From an uncultured cyanobacterium (GTDB lineage: Bacteria > Cyanobacteriota > Cyanobacteriia > Phormidesmidales > Phormidesmidaceae), in the NCBI GenBank assembly GCA_963793265.1, contig CAWBZI010000002.1:192001-256000 (forward strand): 64,000 nt of DNA, read 5' to 3'. Positions 37,871 to 45,931 of the stretch are shown here, piece by piece; positions within the stretch are counted from its first letter, which is position 1, and each line of letters starts with the position of its first letter. The translations under genes were made by a program, and so were the position numbers. The notes below the pieces were generated by a model. That model was given only the letters and a program-made list of their open reading frames with translations, was not told the origin of the DNA and made no database searches.

Positions 37871-39394
37871 GTGACTGGAACTCTTATCAAAAGCAGCGCT
37901 TCAAAAAACTCTTCAAAAAATGACACAACAGACATTGAAGCCTACGTGAGTGCCGAAGGCCGCGCTGAAAAAGTCAGGCAGGTACGCGCCAAAATTGATG
38001 AGCTAGGCGTTCAATATATCTACTATCAGTTCATTTCTATTACGGGGAAAATTGTTGGGAAGGGTGTTCCTGCTGACCATTGGGAAACGACCGCGAAAGG
38101 TGGCATTCAGCTTGTGTACGGTGCCACGGTAAACCTAGCAATTGACCGCCAGCAGCAGTATTTGGGCTACGGGCCTGAGTCTGCTGAGCTAGTGGCCATC
38201 CCCGATCCAGACACCTTTTGTCAGTTGCCCTGGGATAAGCGGGTGGCAAGAGTTTATTGCGTGTGCTTTCGCAACCGTGAAGAAGAAGAGAATCCGGGTG
38301 CTTTTCTCACGTCAGACTGTCGCGGCAATCTCATGCGTATCCATGCAGATTTTCAACAGAAGCACGGGCTTCAGCTACGCCACGGCTGTGAGCCAGAAAT
38401 GATGTGGCTTAAAAAAGGGCCAGATGGTAAGCCGGATGGCGGTGTGACTAAGCCGAACTGCTACCACATCGATCAGTTTGAGGAGCTGCGGCCTGTGTTT
38501 TTGCGCGTGATTGAGTACTCACGGGCAATGGGCTTAGATATGATTCAAGGCGATCATGAGGACGCGCCAGGGCAGCTAGAGCTGAACTTTATGTATGATG
38601 ATGCGCTGCGGACGTGCGATCGCCTTACCACCTACCGCCAAATTTGCGCTCAGGTTGCCCGTGAATTCAATCTCATTGCCTGCTTCATGTCCAAGCCATT
38701 CCTGGGCGTTTCTGCCTCGGGCTGTCATCACAATCTCTCTCTTTGGCGCGGTGGCGATACCGCCGTCAAGTCATTTGGTATGGAGAGTTTACTTGGGCTC
38801 GAAGGCAACTACACCTACAGTCAGGGTGGAGAAAACACCTTTATGCCTGTTAAGGGAGAGTCGCCGCGCATACCGGGGCCAGTGGGGCTGCACTGCATTG
38901 GCGGCGTGATTGCTCACTTGGGCGCACTGACGGCGGTGGGCTGCTCTACCGTGAATTCTTACCGGCGGCTGTGGGATGCGGGTTTCTGGGCTCCGGTCTA
39001 TTCGGACTGGGGCTATCAAAATCGTACCTGCGGGCTCCGGGTTTCAGCGCCCGGAAGATTTGAATATAGAGCGGTGGATTCTATGGTGAATCCTTATTTG
39101 ATGGCGGGTGCGATGCTGAAGGCGTTTGATGACGGATTGAGTAACCAGTTAGATCCGGGTAAGCCTGAGCAGCGCAACATTTACGAGGCGATGGAGGCGG
39201 GCAAGCAAACGAAAAAGCTGCCGATGTCGTTGGGAGAAGCGTTAGATCGGCTGGCTGAGGACGAGGTAATCAAGTCAGCGATGCCGGGTGAAATGTATCG
39301 GTTGTTTGAAGAATATAAGAGAGATGAGTGGATTCGATTTTTGGCGACGACTAGCAACTGGGATGCTGAGAACTATATGCACTGCTTGCCGTGA
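37871..39394 (+). CDS. Glutamine synthetase-like gamma-glutamyl ligase
   Basis: GCEPE; DHEDAPGQLE; SGCHHN; NRT..RV; FEYRAVD; GTG start after GGAG. Confidence 0.9.
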   Translation: MTGTLIKSSASKNSSKNDTTDIEAYVSAEGRAEKVRQVRAKIDELGVQYIYYQFISITGKIVGKGVPADHWETTAKGGIQLVYGATVNLAIDRQQQYLGYGPESAELVAIPDPDTFCQLPWDKRVARVYCVCFRNREEEENPGAFLTSDCRGNLMRIHADFQQKHGLQLRHGCEPEMMWLKKGPDGKPDGGVTKPNCYHIDQFEELRPVFLRVIEYSRAMGLDMIQGDHEDAPGQLELNFMYDDALRTCDRLTTYRQICAQVAREFNLIACFMSKPFLGVSASGCHHNLSLWRGGDTAVKSFGMESLLGLEGNYTYSQGGENTFMPVKGESPRIPGPVGLHCIGGVIAHLGALTAVGCSTVNSYRRLWDAGFWAPVYSDWGYQNRTCGLRVSAPGRFEYRAVDSMVNPYLMAGAMLKAFDDGLSNQLDPGKPEQRNIYEAMEAGKQTKKLPMSLGEALDRLAEDEVIKSAMPGEMYRLFEEYKRDEWIRFLATTSNWDAENYMHCLP

Positions 39395-39441
39395 GGGATT
39401 TGCATGTCATGTTTCAAACGCACCTACTCAAACGCACAGCA

Positions 39442-40212
39442 CTAAGACTGTTTCTTTTTGTCATTGAGTGCGTTTTCTGCTCGCTCAATTGTTAAAGAAT
39501 AGCAAAAGCGGTCGGCTCTAGAAATAGTCTCACCGTGCAAAACGGGCGTTTCACGTTCCGTATAAGCTGTGTATCTGTAAACGATTAGCGGATGCCCTAA
39601 AGGCACTTCTAAATGGTTGCTCATTTCGTAGTCAGCGTGAGTGCATTCAATGGTGGCTTCTATTTTCTCAATAGGAACGGCGTTTGCTTCTAGGGTAGGA
39701 AACGTCATTTGGCGTTTGAGCTGTGTTCCTAACTTTTGCCCTAGCCCCAGCAAAATATAGGTCACGTCAACGGCTCCGGCTGCGCCATCCATCCGCAGCA
39801 GTTTTTTTTGCAGATATACGCTCGGGTATGTGCCCGAAGCTGAGGTCGAATCTTTGCTGAGCTGCAAGGCCACTCGAACGGGCTTAGGCGGACGAACTTT
39901 TTTGAACGTGAGATTATCAAACGAAAGCTTTATTCCTTTGCTGGCGATATCTTGCTCTAAAAAAACCAGCGGGCTAGAAAGGGAGTAGGCGGTTTTGACT
40001 TGCGGGGTGACGAAGACGCCTTTTCCCTGCTGCGATCGCGCTAACCCCTGACTGACCAAATTCGTCACGGCCTGCCTCACCGTAATCCGGCTCACCCCAA
40101 ACGTTTTCATAAGCTGATGCTCGCTAGGCAGCTTTTCACCCGGCAAATACTCACCGATTTCTATCTGATGACGGAGCTTTTCAGAGATACTGATATGAAG
40201 AGGAACGCTCAT
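39442..40212 (-). CDS. GntR-family regulator (HutC/UTRA type)
   Basis: KLPSEHQL..FGVSRITVRQA..QGKGVFV; UTRA ending SRADRF. Confidence 0.92.
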   Translation of the reverse strand: MSVPLHISISEKLRHQIEIGEYLPGEKLPSEHQLMKTFGVSRITVRQAVTNLVSQGLARSQQGKGVFVTPQVKTAYSLSSPLVFLEQDIASKGIKLSFDNLTFKKVRPPKPVRVALQLSKDSTSASGTYPSVYLQKKLLRMDGAAGAVDVTYILLGLGQKLGTQLKRQMTFPTLEANAVPIEKIEATIECTHADYEMSNHLEVPLGHPLIVYRYTAYTERETPVLHGETISRADRFCYSLTIERAENALNDKKKQS

Positions 40213-40277
40213 AAGTTGGGTCAAAAGAAACACAAAAAAAGTGGACTTGGCGGCAGTATAGGCTTGCTACGTCAGCT

Positions 40278-40323
40278 CTTGTTATACCAGCTTGGGTATG
40301 TTAACTTTACTTGTTATAACAAG
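40278..40323. promoter_or_regulatory. Two operators: CTTGTTATACCAGC (40278) and perfect palindrome CTTGTTATAACAAG (40310-40323)
   Basis: In the HutC-GntR / desaturase divergent promoter. Confidence 0.72.
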
Positions 40324-40349
40324 CTATCGTTCAGAGGCACTACGCTTAT

Positions 40350-41330
40350 ATGACCGCTAATATCCTTGGTAAAACAGCCTCACCAGCCACGCCACCTAAT
40401 GCTTCACAGGTTAATCTACCTGCGGCAAACCCACGTCAGCTCTTGAGCACTCAGCAGCTATCATCCCTCAATCAGCGCTCAGACATGATTGGAATGCTGC
40501 GGTTCGTCTCTCACCTATCCGTTCTGTGCGTCAGTGGATATGTGTGGGGCACGGCTACGGGCATATGGAGCGTCATAGGGCTAGTCGTCTACGGGGCTAG
40601 TTTAGCGCTGATGTTTTGCGCGGTGCATGAATGTGTGCACAGAACGGCTTTTTCTCATACCCGAGTAAATGACGCGATCGCCTGGATAGCAGGCTTACTA
40701 TCATTTTACAACAGTACGTTTTACCGGCGCTATCACAAGTGGCATCATCGCTACACGCGCGTTGCTGGGAAAGATCCTGAGCTAACTGACTTAGAGCCTA
40801 GCAATATAGGAGAGTACCTTTGGGTATTAAGCGGATTGCCCTGGTGGAAAGGAAAAATAGAAGGCCATATAAAAGCAGCGCTCGGTCAGCTTGACGAGTG
40901 CTTTTACCTGCCGGAAAGTTCGCATTCGTCGGTTATTCGCTCTACCCGATTACAGCTTGCGGCCTATGGCGCGATCGCTCTAACATCCGCCGCCCTCGGC
41001 CACCCCTGGTTTATCGCCACCTACTGGCTATTGCCGCTAGCCGTCGGCCAGCCTATCCTCCGGTTTGTGCTCCTAGCCGAACATACCGGATGCAGCTACG
41101 GTGATAATTTCCTAACCAATACCCGCACGACGCTTACCTTCTGGCCGTTGCGTTTGCTCATGTGGAACATGCCCTATCACGCAGAGCATCACCTTTATCC
41201 GTCTATCCCCTTCCACTCACTGCCCGCCGCTCATGAGCAGTTAAGAGAGAAATTCTCTCATGTCGATCAAGGATATATGCAGGTGAATAGAGATATTGTA
41301 GACGCGTTTCAACTATCTGAGCCCGTATAA
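40350..41330 (+). CDS. Membrane diiron desaturase/hydroxylase (MocD-like)
   Basis: His boxes HECVH, HKWHH, EH, HAEHH; DPE. Confidence 0.87.
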   Translation: MTANILGKTASPATPPNASQVNLPAANPRQLLSTQQLSSLNQRSDMIGMLRFVSHLSVLCVSGYVWGTATGIWSVIGLVVYGASLALMFCAVHECVHRTAFSHTRVNDAIAWIAGLLSFYNSTFYRRYHKWHHRYTRVAGKDPELTDLEPSNIGEYLWVLSGLPWWKGKIEGHIKAALGQLDECFYLPESSHSSVIRSTRLQLAAYGAIALTSAALGHPWFIATYWLLPLAVGQPILRFVLLAEHTGCSYGDNFLTNTRTTLTFWPLRLLMWNMPYHAEHHLYPSIPFHSLPAAHEQLREKFSHVDQGYMQVNRDIVDAFQLSEPV

Positions 41331-41331
41331 G

Positions 41332-42345
41332 ATGAGCCGTCCTAGCAGCTTTGTGCTTAAAGATTTTCCTTTGCAGTGCGGCGTTGTGCTGCCGGAGGCT
41401 CAAGTTGTTTATCAAACATATGGAGCGTTGAATAGCGATCGCAGCAATGCCGTTCTTTACCCGACTTCCTATGGCGCTCAGCACAGCGATGTAGACTGGC
41501 TAGTGCGCCCTGACGGCATTTTAGATCCGACAGATTGGTTTGTGATTATGCCTAATATGTTTGGCAATGGGCTTTCAACTTCTCCAAGCAACTGTGCGAT
41601 CGCGAAAAAGGCAGGCTTCTACTTTACGCACTACGACAACGTTCGCGCTCAGTGCGAACTGTTGAACAGTTTAGGTATCGAACAGCTAGCGCTAGTCTAC
41701 GGATGGTCAATGGGCGCACAGCAAGGATATCACTGGGGAGCTTTGTATCCTGAGCGGACTCAGAGAATCGCCGCAATTTGTGGGACTGCAAAAACAACCG
41801 ATCACAACCGCATTTTTCTCTATAGCCTGCGAGCGGCGCTACAGGGCGATCCTGCCTGGAATGGCGAACGGTTTGAGAGCGTCCCTGATCGCGGCTTTCA
41901 TACCTTCACTCAAATTTACGCTAGCTGGGCAGCTTCTCAGGCATACTACCGGGCAAAGCCTTATTTGGCATGGGGCTATGCGTCTTTAGAAGACTATTTG
42001 ATGCGGAGTTGGGAGGCTGGCTATCGCAGGCGCGATCCGCACGACTTGCTGGCTATGATTGAAACCTGGCTGCACTGTGACATTGGAGACAATCCAGTAT
42101 ATGAAGGAGACTATAAGAAAGCGCTGGCTTCTATCACAGCGAAAACGCTAGTCATGCCTGCTACGACAGATTTGTACTTTACGCCAGAAGATTGCGAGAT
42201 TGAAGCTAGTGAAATTCCAAAGAGCGAGTATCGCCCGATTCCGTCTATCTGGGGTCATCGGGCGGGAAATCCCTATCAGAACGCTGAGGATGAGCTGTTT
42301 ATTAAACAGGCCGTTGCAGCGCTGCTGAGTACTGAGAAACACTAA
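41332..42345 (+). CDS. Alpha/beta hydrolase, homoserine acetyltransferase-like
   Basis: YQTYGALN; GWSMGA nucleophile; TDLYF; WGH. Confidence 0.85.
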   Translation: MSRPSSFVLKDFPLQCGVVLPEAQVVYQTYGALNSDRSNAVLYPTSYGAQHSDVDWLVRPDGILDPTDWFVIMPNMFGNGLSTSPSNCAIAKKAGFYFTHYDNVRAQCELLNSLGIEQLALVYGWSMGAQQGYHWGALYPERTQRIAAICGTAKTTDHNRIFLYSLRAALQGDPAWNGERFESVPDRGFHTFTQIYASWAASQAYYRAKPYLAWGYASLEDYLMRSWEAGYRRRDPHDLLAMIETWLHCDIGDNPVYEGDYKKALASITAKTLVMPATTDLYFTPEDCEIEASEIPKSEYRPIPSIWGHRAGNPYQNAEDELFIKQAVAALLSTEKH

Positions 42346-43667
42346 ACATCTACATACTGGTTTAGCTCCCAATCGGTGATTTGAGAACAGAATGCACTCC
42401 ATTCTTTGTGCTTGAACTCGAAGAAAGTTTTAGCGCCTAGTTCGCCTAGCATGTTCATTAACAGCTCATTTTGCTTGAGTGCCGAGAGCGCCTCGAACAA
42501 ATTAGTCGGTAGGGTTGCTAAATTTGGAAACTCTGCGCCTCGGGCGAACAGGTTTTCGTCAATGCGATCGCCCGGAGAAATCTCATGACTCATCCCATCC
42601 AATCCCGCCGCCAGTATCCCCGCGAGCGCCAAATACATATTCGCTGAACCATCAATAAGGCGACACTCAAACCGGCCTGCTTCAGGAATTCGCAGCATGT
42701 GAGAACGGTTGTTGCCGCCGTACGAAATATAGCGCGGCGTCCAGGTGCTGCCCGAGGTGGTTGCACTCGCTCCCAAGCGGCGATAGGAATTGACGGTAGG
42801 TGCAAACAGCGCCGTTAGACCCTTTGCATGTTTGAGCACACCGCCTAGAAAGTGATAGCCTACCGGAGAAAGCCCGCCCGCATCGGCATCTTGTTCAAAG
42901 CTGTTGATATCGCCTTGCCATAGGCTGTTGTGCACGTGTCCGCCGCTGCCGGTAAGCGTGCTAAAAGGCTTTGGCATAAAGGTTGCTGTTAGGCCGCGTT
43001 TTTCGGCCAGCGTTTTGACCATGTACTTAAAAAATACGTGGTGATCGCACGTCGTCTTTGCATCGCTATAGCCCCAGTTCAGCTCAAACTGTCCGTTGGC
43101 ATCTTCATGATCGCACTGGTAGGGCTCCCAGCCGAGCTGTTCCATATAGCCGACAATCGTGGAGATTAGATCGAACTGGCGCATGAGGTTAAGCTGGTCG
43201 TAGCAGGGGCGCTCGGCGGTGTCTCTTTCGTCAGCGATCGCATAGCCACCTTCTGTTTTCTTTAGCAAAAAGAACTCTGCCTCTACCCCAGCTTTGTAGG
43301 TGTAGCCTAGCTGCTCGCACTGGTCTATTACCCGATTCAAAATCATCCGGGGCGCAGCCGGAAAAGGCTCGCCCTCAAAGTACACATCGCTCGCCACCCA
43401 GCCTACTGTAGGCTCCCACGGCAGTTGAATAAGAGAACTCACATCAGGAATCGCGGCAATTTCCGCTGCATCTGGCCCCAGCCCTAAGTTAGAAGCAAAT
43501 GAGCTGAAGAAAGCGCCACTTTTCTCAACGGATGCAATTTTAGTCGCAGGTACGAGCTTTGCTCTGGTTCCGCCCAGCAAATCGGTGTAAGACACCAAGA
43601 AGAACTTGATACCTAGCTTTTCGGCTTGCTCCGTTAGGCTTTTAGATTTTGCTAGCGTTTTGACCAT
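42342..43667 (-). CDS. glnT: Type III glutamate-ammonia ligase (GlnT / GmaS-like)
   Basis: SYTDLLG..RAKLVP; KAGVEAEFF; PCYDQ; YQCDHEDANGQFE; NNRSHM. Confidence 0.85.
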   Translation of the reverse strand: MVKTLAKSKSLTEQAEKLGIKFFLVSYTDLLGGTRAKLVPATKIASVEKSGAFFSSFASNLGLGPDAAEIAAIPDVSSLIQLPWEPTVGWVASDVYFEGEPFPAAPRMILNRVIDQCEQLGYTYKAGVEAEFFLLKKTEGGYAIADERDTAERPCYDQLNLMRQFDLISTIVGYMEQLGWEPYQCDHEDANGQFELNWGYSDAKTTCDHHVFFKYMVKTLAEKRGLTATFMPKPFSTLTGSGGHVHNSLWQGDINSFEQDADAGGLSPVGYHFLGGVLKHAKGLTALFAPTVNSYRRLGASATTSGSTWTPRYISYGGNNRSHMLRIPEAGRFECRLIDGSANMYLALAGILAAGLDGMSHEISPGDRIDENLFARGAEFPNLATLPTNLFEALSALKQNELLMNMLGELGAKTFFEFKHKEWSAFCSQITDWELNQYVDV

Positions 43668-43708
43668 AGCTTCTACCGTAGTGGCTACCTTTATTCGCTT
43701 CTCCCACC

Positions 43709-43750
43709 AGTAAAACAGCCTGACCTCATAGGATTTGTAGTATCTGCTAC
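43709..43750 (-). promoter_or_regulatory. NtcA box (43737-43750)-N22-TTTACT for glnT
   Basis: GTAGTATCTGCTAC; same spacing and hexamer as the promoter at 37768. Confidence 0.72.
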
Positions 43751-43753
43751 TGA

Positions 43754-45622
43754 CTAGGCTTTGTTCTTTAAATCACGCTCCCGCTTCATTTTCACGCTTA
43801 TTATCCCTATGCTAACTATAGCTAGCGCAGGCACCTGCCCTGGCTCTGGCACGACTGCTGCCCCTGACGCGTCAAATTCGAAGACTTCACCCGGTAGCGG
43901 TGGCGTATTTGCAGGTGATCGCCTTACTTGAGTCGCCTGCTCAAAGGCGAAAGCTAGAGCTAAAAGCTCAGGTTCACTGTAGGCAGGGGCAAAGAAAGAG
44001 AGTCCTACGGGTAGTCCCGCCTCTGTAAATCCGGCAGGAACAGTGATATCTGGAAAGCCCGTTAAGTTTGCTAAGTAGCCAACTCGGTAAGGATCACCTT
44101 CAATCGCATCGAAGTCACAGAAAAAAGTCGGATCTTCAATTTCGCTGCCGTCATCTGTTGTAATTGGCGAAGGCGGACAGCCAACTGTCGGGTAGATTAA
44201 AGCATTCAGGTTGCTCGATGAGAACGTACTAGAAATGTCGTTTCTAAGCCCTGGTAGTTGGGCAAGCGTTGCTAAATACTCTGGATTAGAGAGCCCGCCC
44301 GTTTCCAAAGAGTCTTGATACACGGCTATTCGATTAGGATTAACGGGCGTTTCAGAATTGACCAAATCTGGATCTAAACTGGCCTCAATGAGCGCTTCTA
44401 GCGTCTGTGGATACTCTTCATCCAGTGTTTGCAAGTAGGTTTCAATCTGTGGAAAAAACTCCGATTGCACAATTGAGTTGAGGAGTGGGCTGTAGTTAGC
44501 CGCTGCCAGCACGTCAGGAGAGAACTCTGCATCTACAACCGTTGCACCTGAGCCTAGTATCGTAGTCAGCGCGTCTTCAAAGATCTGATCAACTTCAGGA
44601 TTTCCTCCTAAAAAATCTCGAACAATTCCAACCCGAGCCCCGTCTAAAGCATCCGCATCTAGAAATTGCGTATAGTCGTCGAAGGTTCTACCTACACTCT
44701 CTAGCGTGGCCGGATCGCTCGGGTCAATCCCTGCCATTACGCCCAGCCCAATCGCTGCGTCAGTAACCGTTTTTGCAATCGGCCCGCCGACATCTACCGA
44801 CAGCGCCAACGGAATAATCCCGTCCCGGCTAGTGAGGCCCAACGTTGGCTTAATACCTACTAACCCTGTAAAAGAAGCGGGGCCGCGAATAGAGCCAGCG
44901 GTATCGGTACCTGTACTAAGTACCGCAAAATTGGCAGCGATCGCGGCTGCCGATCCACTGCTTGAACCAGAAGCATCTCGACTCAAGTTATACGGATTGA
45001 GCGTGAGTCCGCCTAGAGAGCTATAGCCTAGTCGCCCAGAAGAAAGCGCAAACTCACTCATATTGGCTTTCCCCAAAATAATTGCGCCTGCTTCTCTAAA
45101 CTGCTGCACCGTGAACGCATCGTCAGGTGGAATTGAGCCTGCCAAAACATCAGAACCGCCTGTAGTAGGCAGATCTGCTGTGTCAAAGTTGTCTTTGAGA
45201 ATAATGGGAATGCCGTAGAGCGGCCCAGGGTTCTCCGGTCTAGTGAGGTCTAACGCTCTAGCGGTAGCTAGGGCATTAGGATTAATAGTAATTAGAGAGT
45301 TTATGGCCGGGCCTTGGTTGTCGTAAGCTTCAATCCGATTCAAATAGAGCTGAACGAGCTGTTCGGACGTGAGCGCTTTGGCTTCAAAAGCCTGATTGAT
45401 ATCGGCAATGGTCGCTGTCTCAAGATTGAAGGTAACCGCTTTAGCAGCAGGCACCATAGCCAGCATCACGGCTTGCATAGCGACAAACGCTATCGATCTT
45501 TTGAGCGTTTTTAGGGTTGTTTTTATATTAGCTGTTCGTCTGCTAGCGAGTTTTTCAATATTGGACTGTTGAATATCAATTCTGCTATCGGCAGTATTTC
45601 TGACTGTCTTCAAGGTCTGCAT
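43754..45622 (-). CDS. Secreted amidase-signature enzyme with PEP-CTERM sorting signal; start uncertain
   Basis: LKDN, GKANM, GSSSGS, TDTAGSIRGP; AKA signal cleavage; VPEP + TM + KMKRER. Confidence 0.88.
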   Translation of the reverse strand: MQTLKTVRNTADSRIDIQQSNIEKLASRRTANIKTTLKTLKRSIAFVAMQAVMLAMVPAAKAVTFNLETATIADINQAFEAKALTSEQLVQLYLNRIEAYDNQGPAINSLITINPNALATARALDLTRPENPGPLYGIPIILKDNFDTADLPTTGGSDVLAGSIPPDDAFTVQQFREAGAIILGKANMSEFALSSGRLGYSSLGGLTLNPYNLSRDASGSSSGSAAAIAANFAVLSTGTDTAGSIRGPASFTGLVGIKPTLGLTSRDGIIPLALSVDVGGPIAKTVTDAAIGLGVMAGIDPSDPATLESVGRTFDDYTQFLDADALDGARVGIVRDFLGGNPEVDQIFEDALTTILGSGATVVDAEFSPDVLAAANYSPLLNSIVQSEFFPQIETYLQTLDEEYPQTLEALIEASLDPDLVNSETPVNPNRIAVYQDSLETGGLSNPEYLATLAQLPGLRNDISSTFSSSNLNALIYPTVGCPPSPITTDDGSEIEDPTFFCDFDAIEGDPYRVGYLANLTGFPDITVPAGFTEAGLPVGLSFFAPAYSEPELLALAFAFEQATQVRRSPANTPPLPGEVFEFDASGAAVVPEPGQVPALAIVSIGIISVKMKRERDLKNKA

Positions 45623-45653
45623 AGGTGATTTTAATAGTTTTAAAGCGGCATAA

Positions 45654-45815
45654 GGGACATGCGTCTAAATAAAGTACCGCTGATAGCGCTGTTCATTGCC
45701 TCGGGCATAGCAGTGCTAAGCCCCTACAGAAATTGACGGTGACGTAGGGGCTTAGCACGCTATGCCCAGGGCAATATTTGTCGGTTTGCCGGTACTTTAT
45801 TTGAGCGCAGCTCCC
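45654..45815. mobile_element. 162-bp MITE with ISAzo13-like ends, TAA duplication and internal REP doublet
   Basis: GGGACATGCGTCTAAATAAAGTACCG / rc GGGAGCTGCGCTCAAATAAAGTACCG; TAA at 45651 and 45816. Confidence 0.78.
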
Positions 45816-45931
45816 TAACAACTAGAACCTAACAGGAATAGTTAGAACTGTTTGGTAGCCTCTACTACCGAAGACTCATCTGACAAAGCCACTGTGTCTG
45901 ATATCTGAAAGTCTTTGACAAATCAGCAGTC

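Noticed and set aside
40256..40310. Possible NtcA boxes at the HutC-GntR promoter
   Set aside because: Both are GTA-N9-TAC, which is the wrong spacing
41332..42345. Gene symbol metX
   Set aside because: Lacks the HAL(S/T)G motif and the context is catabolic
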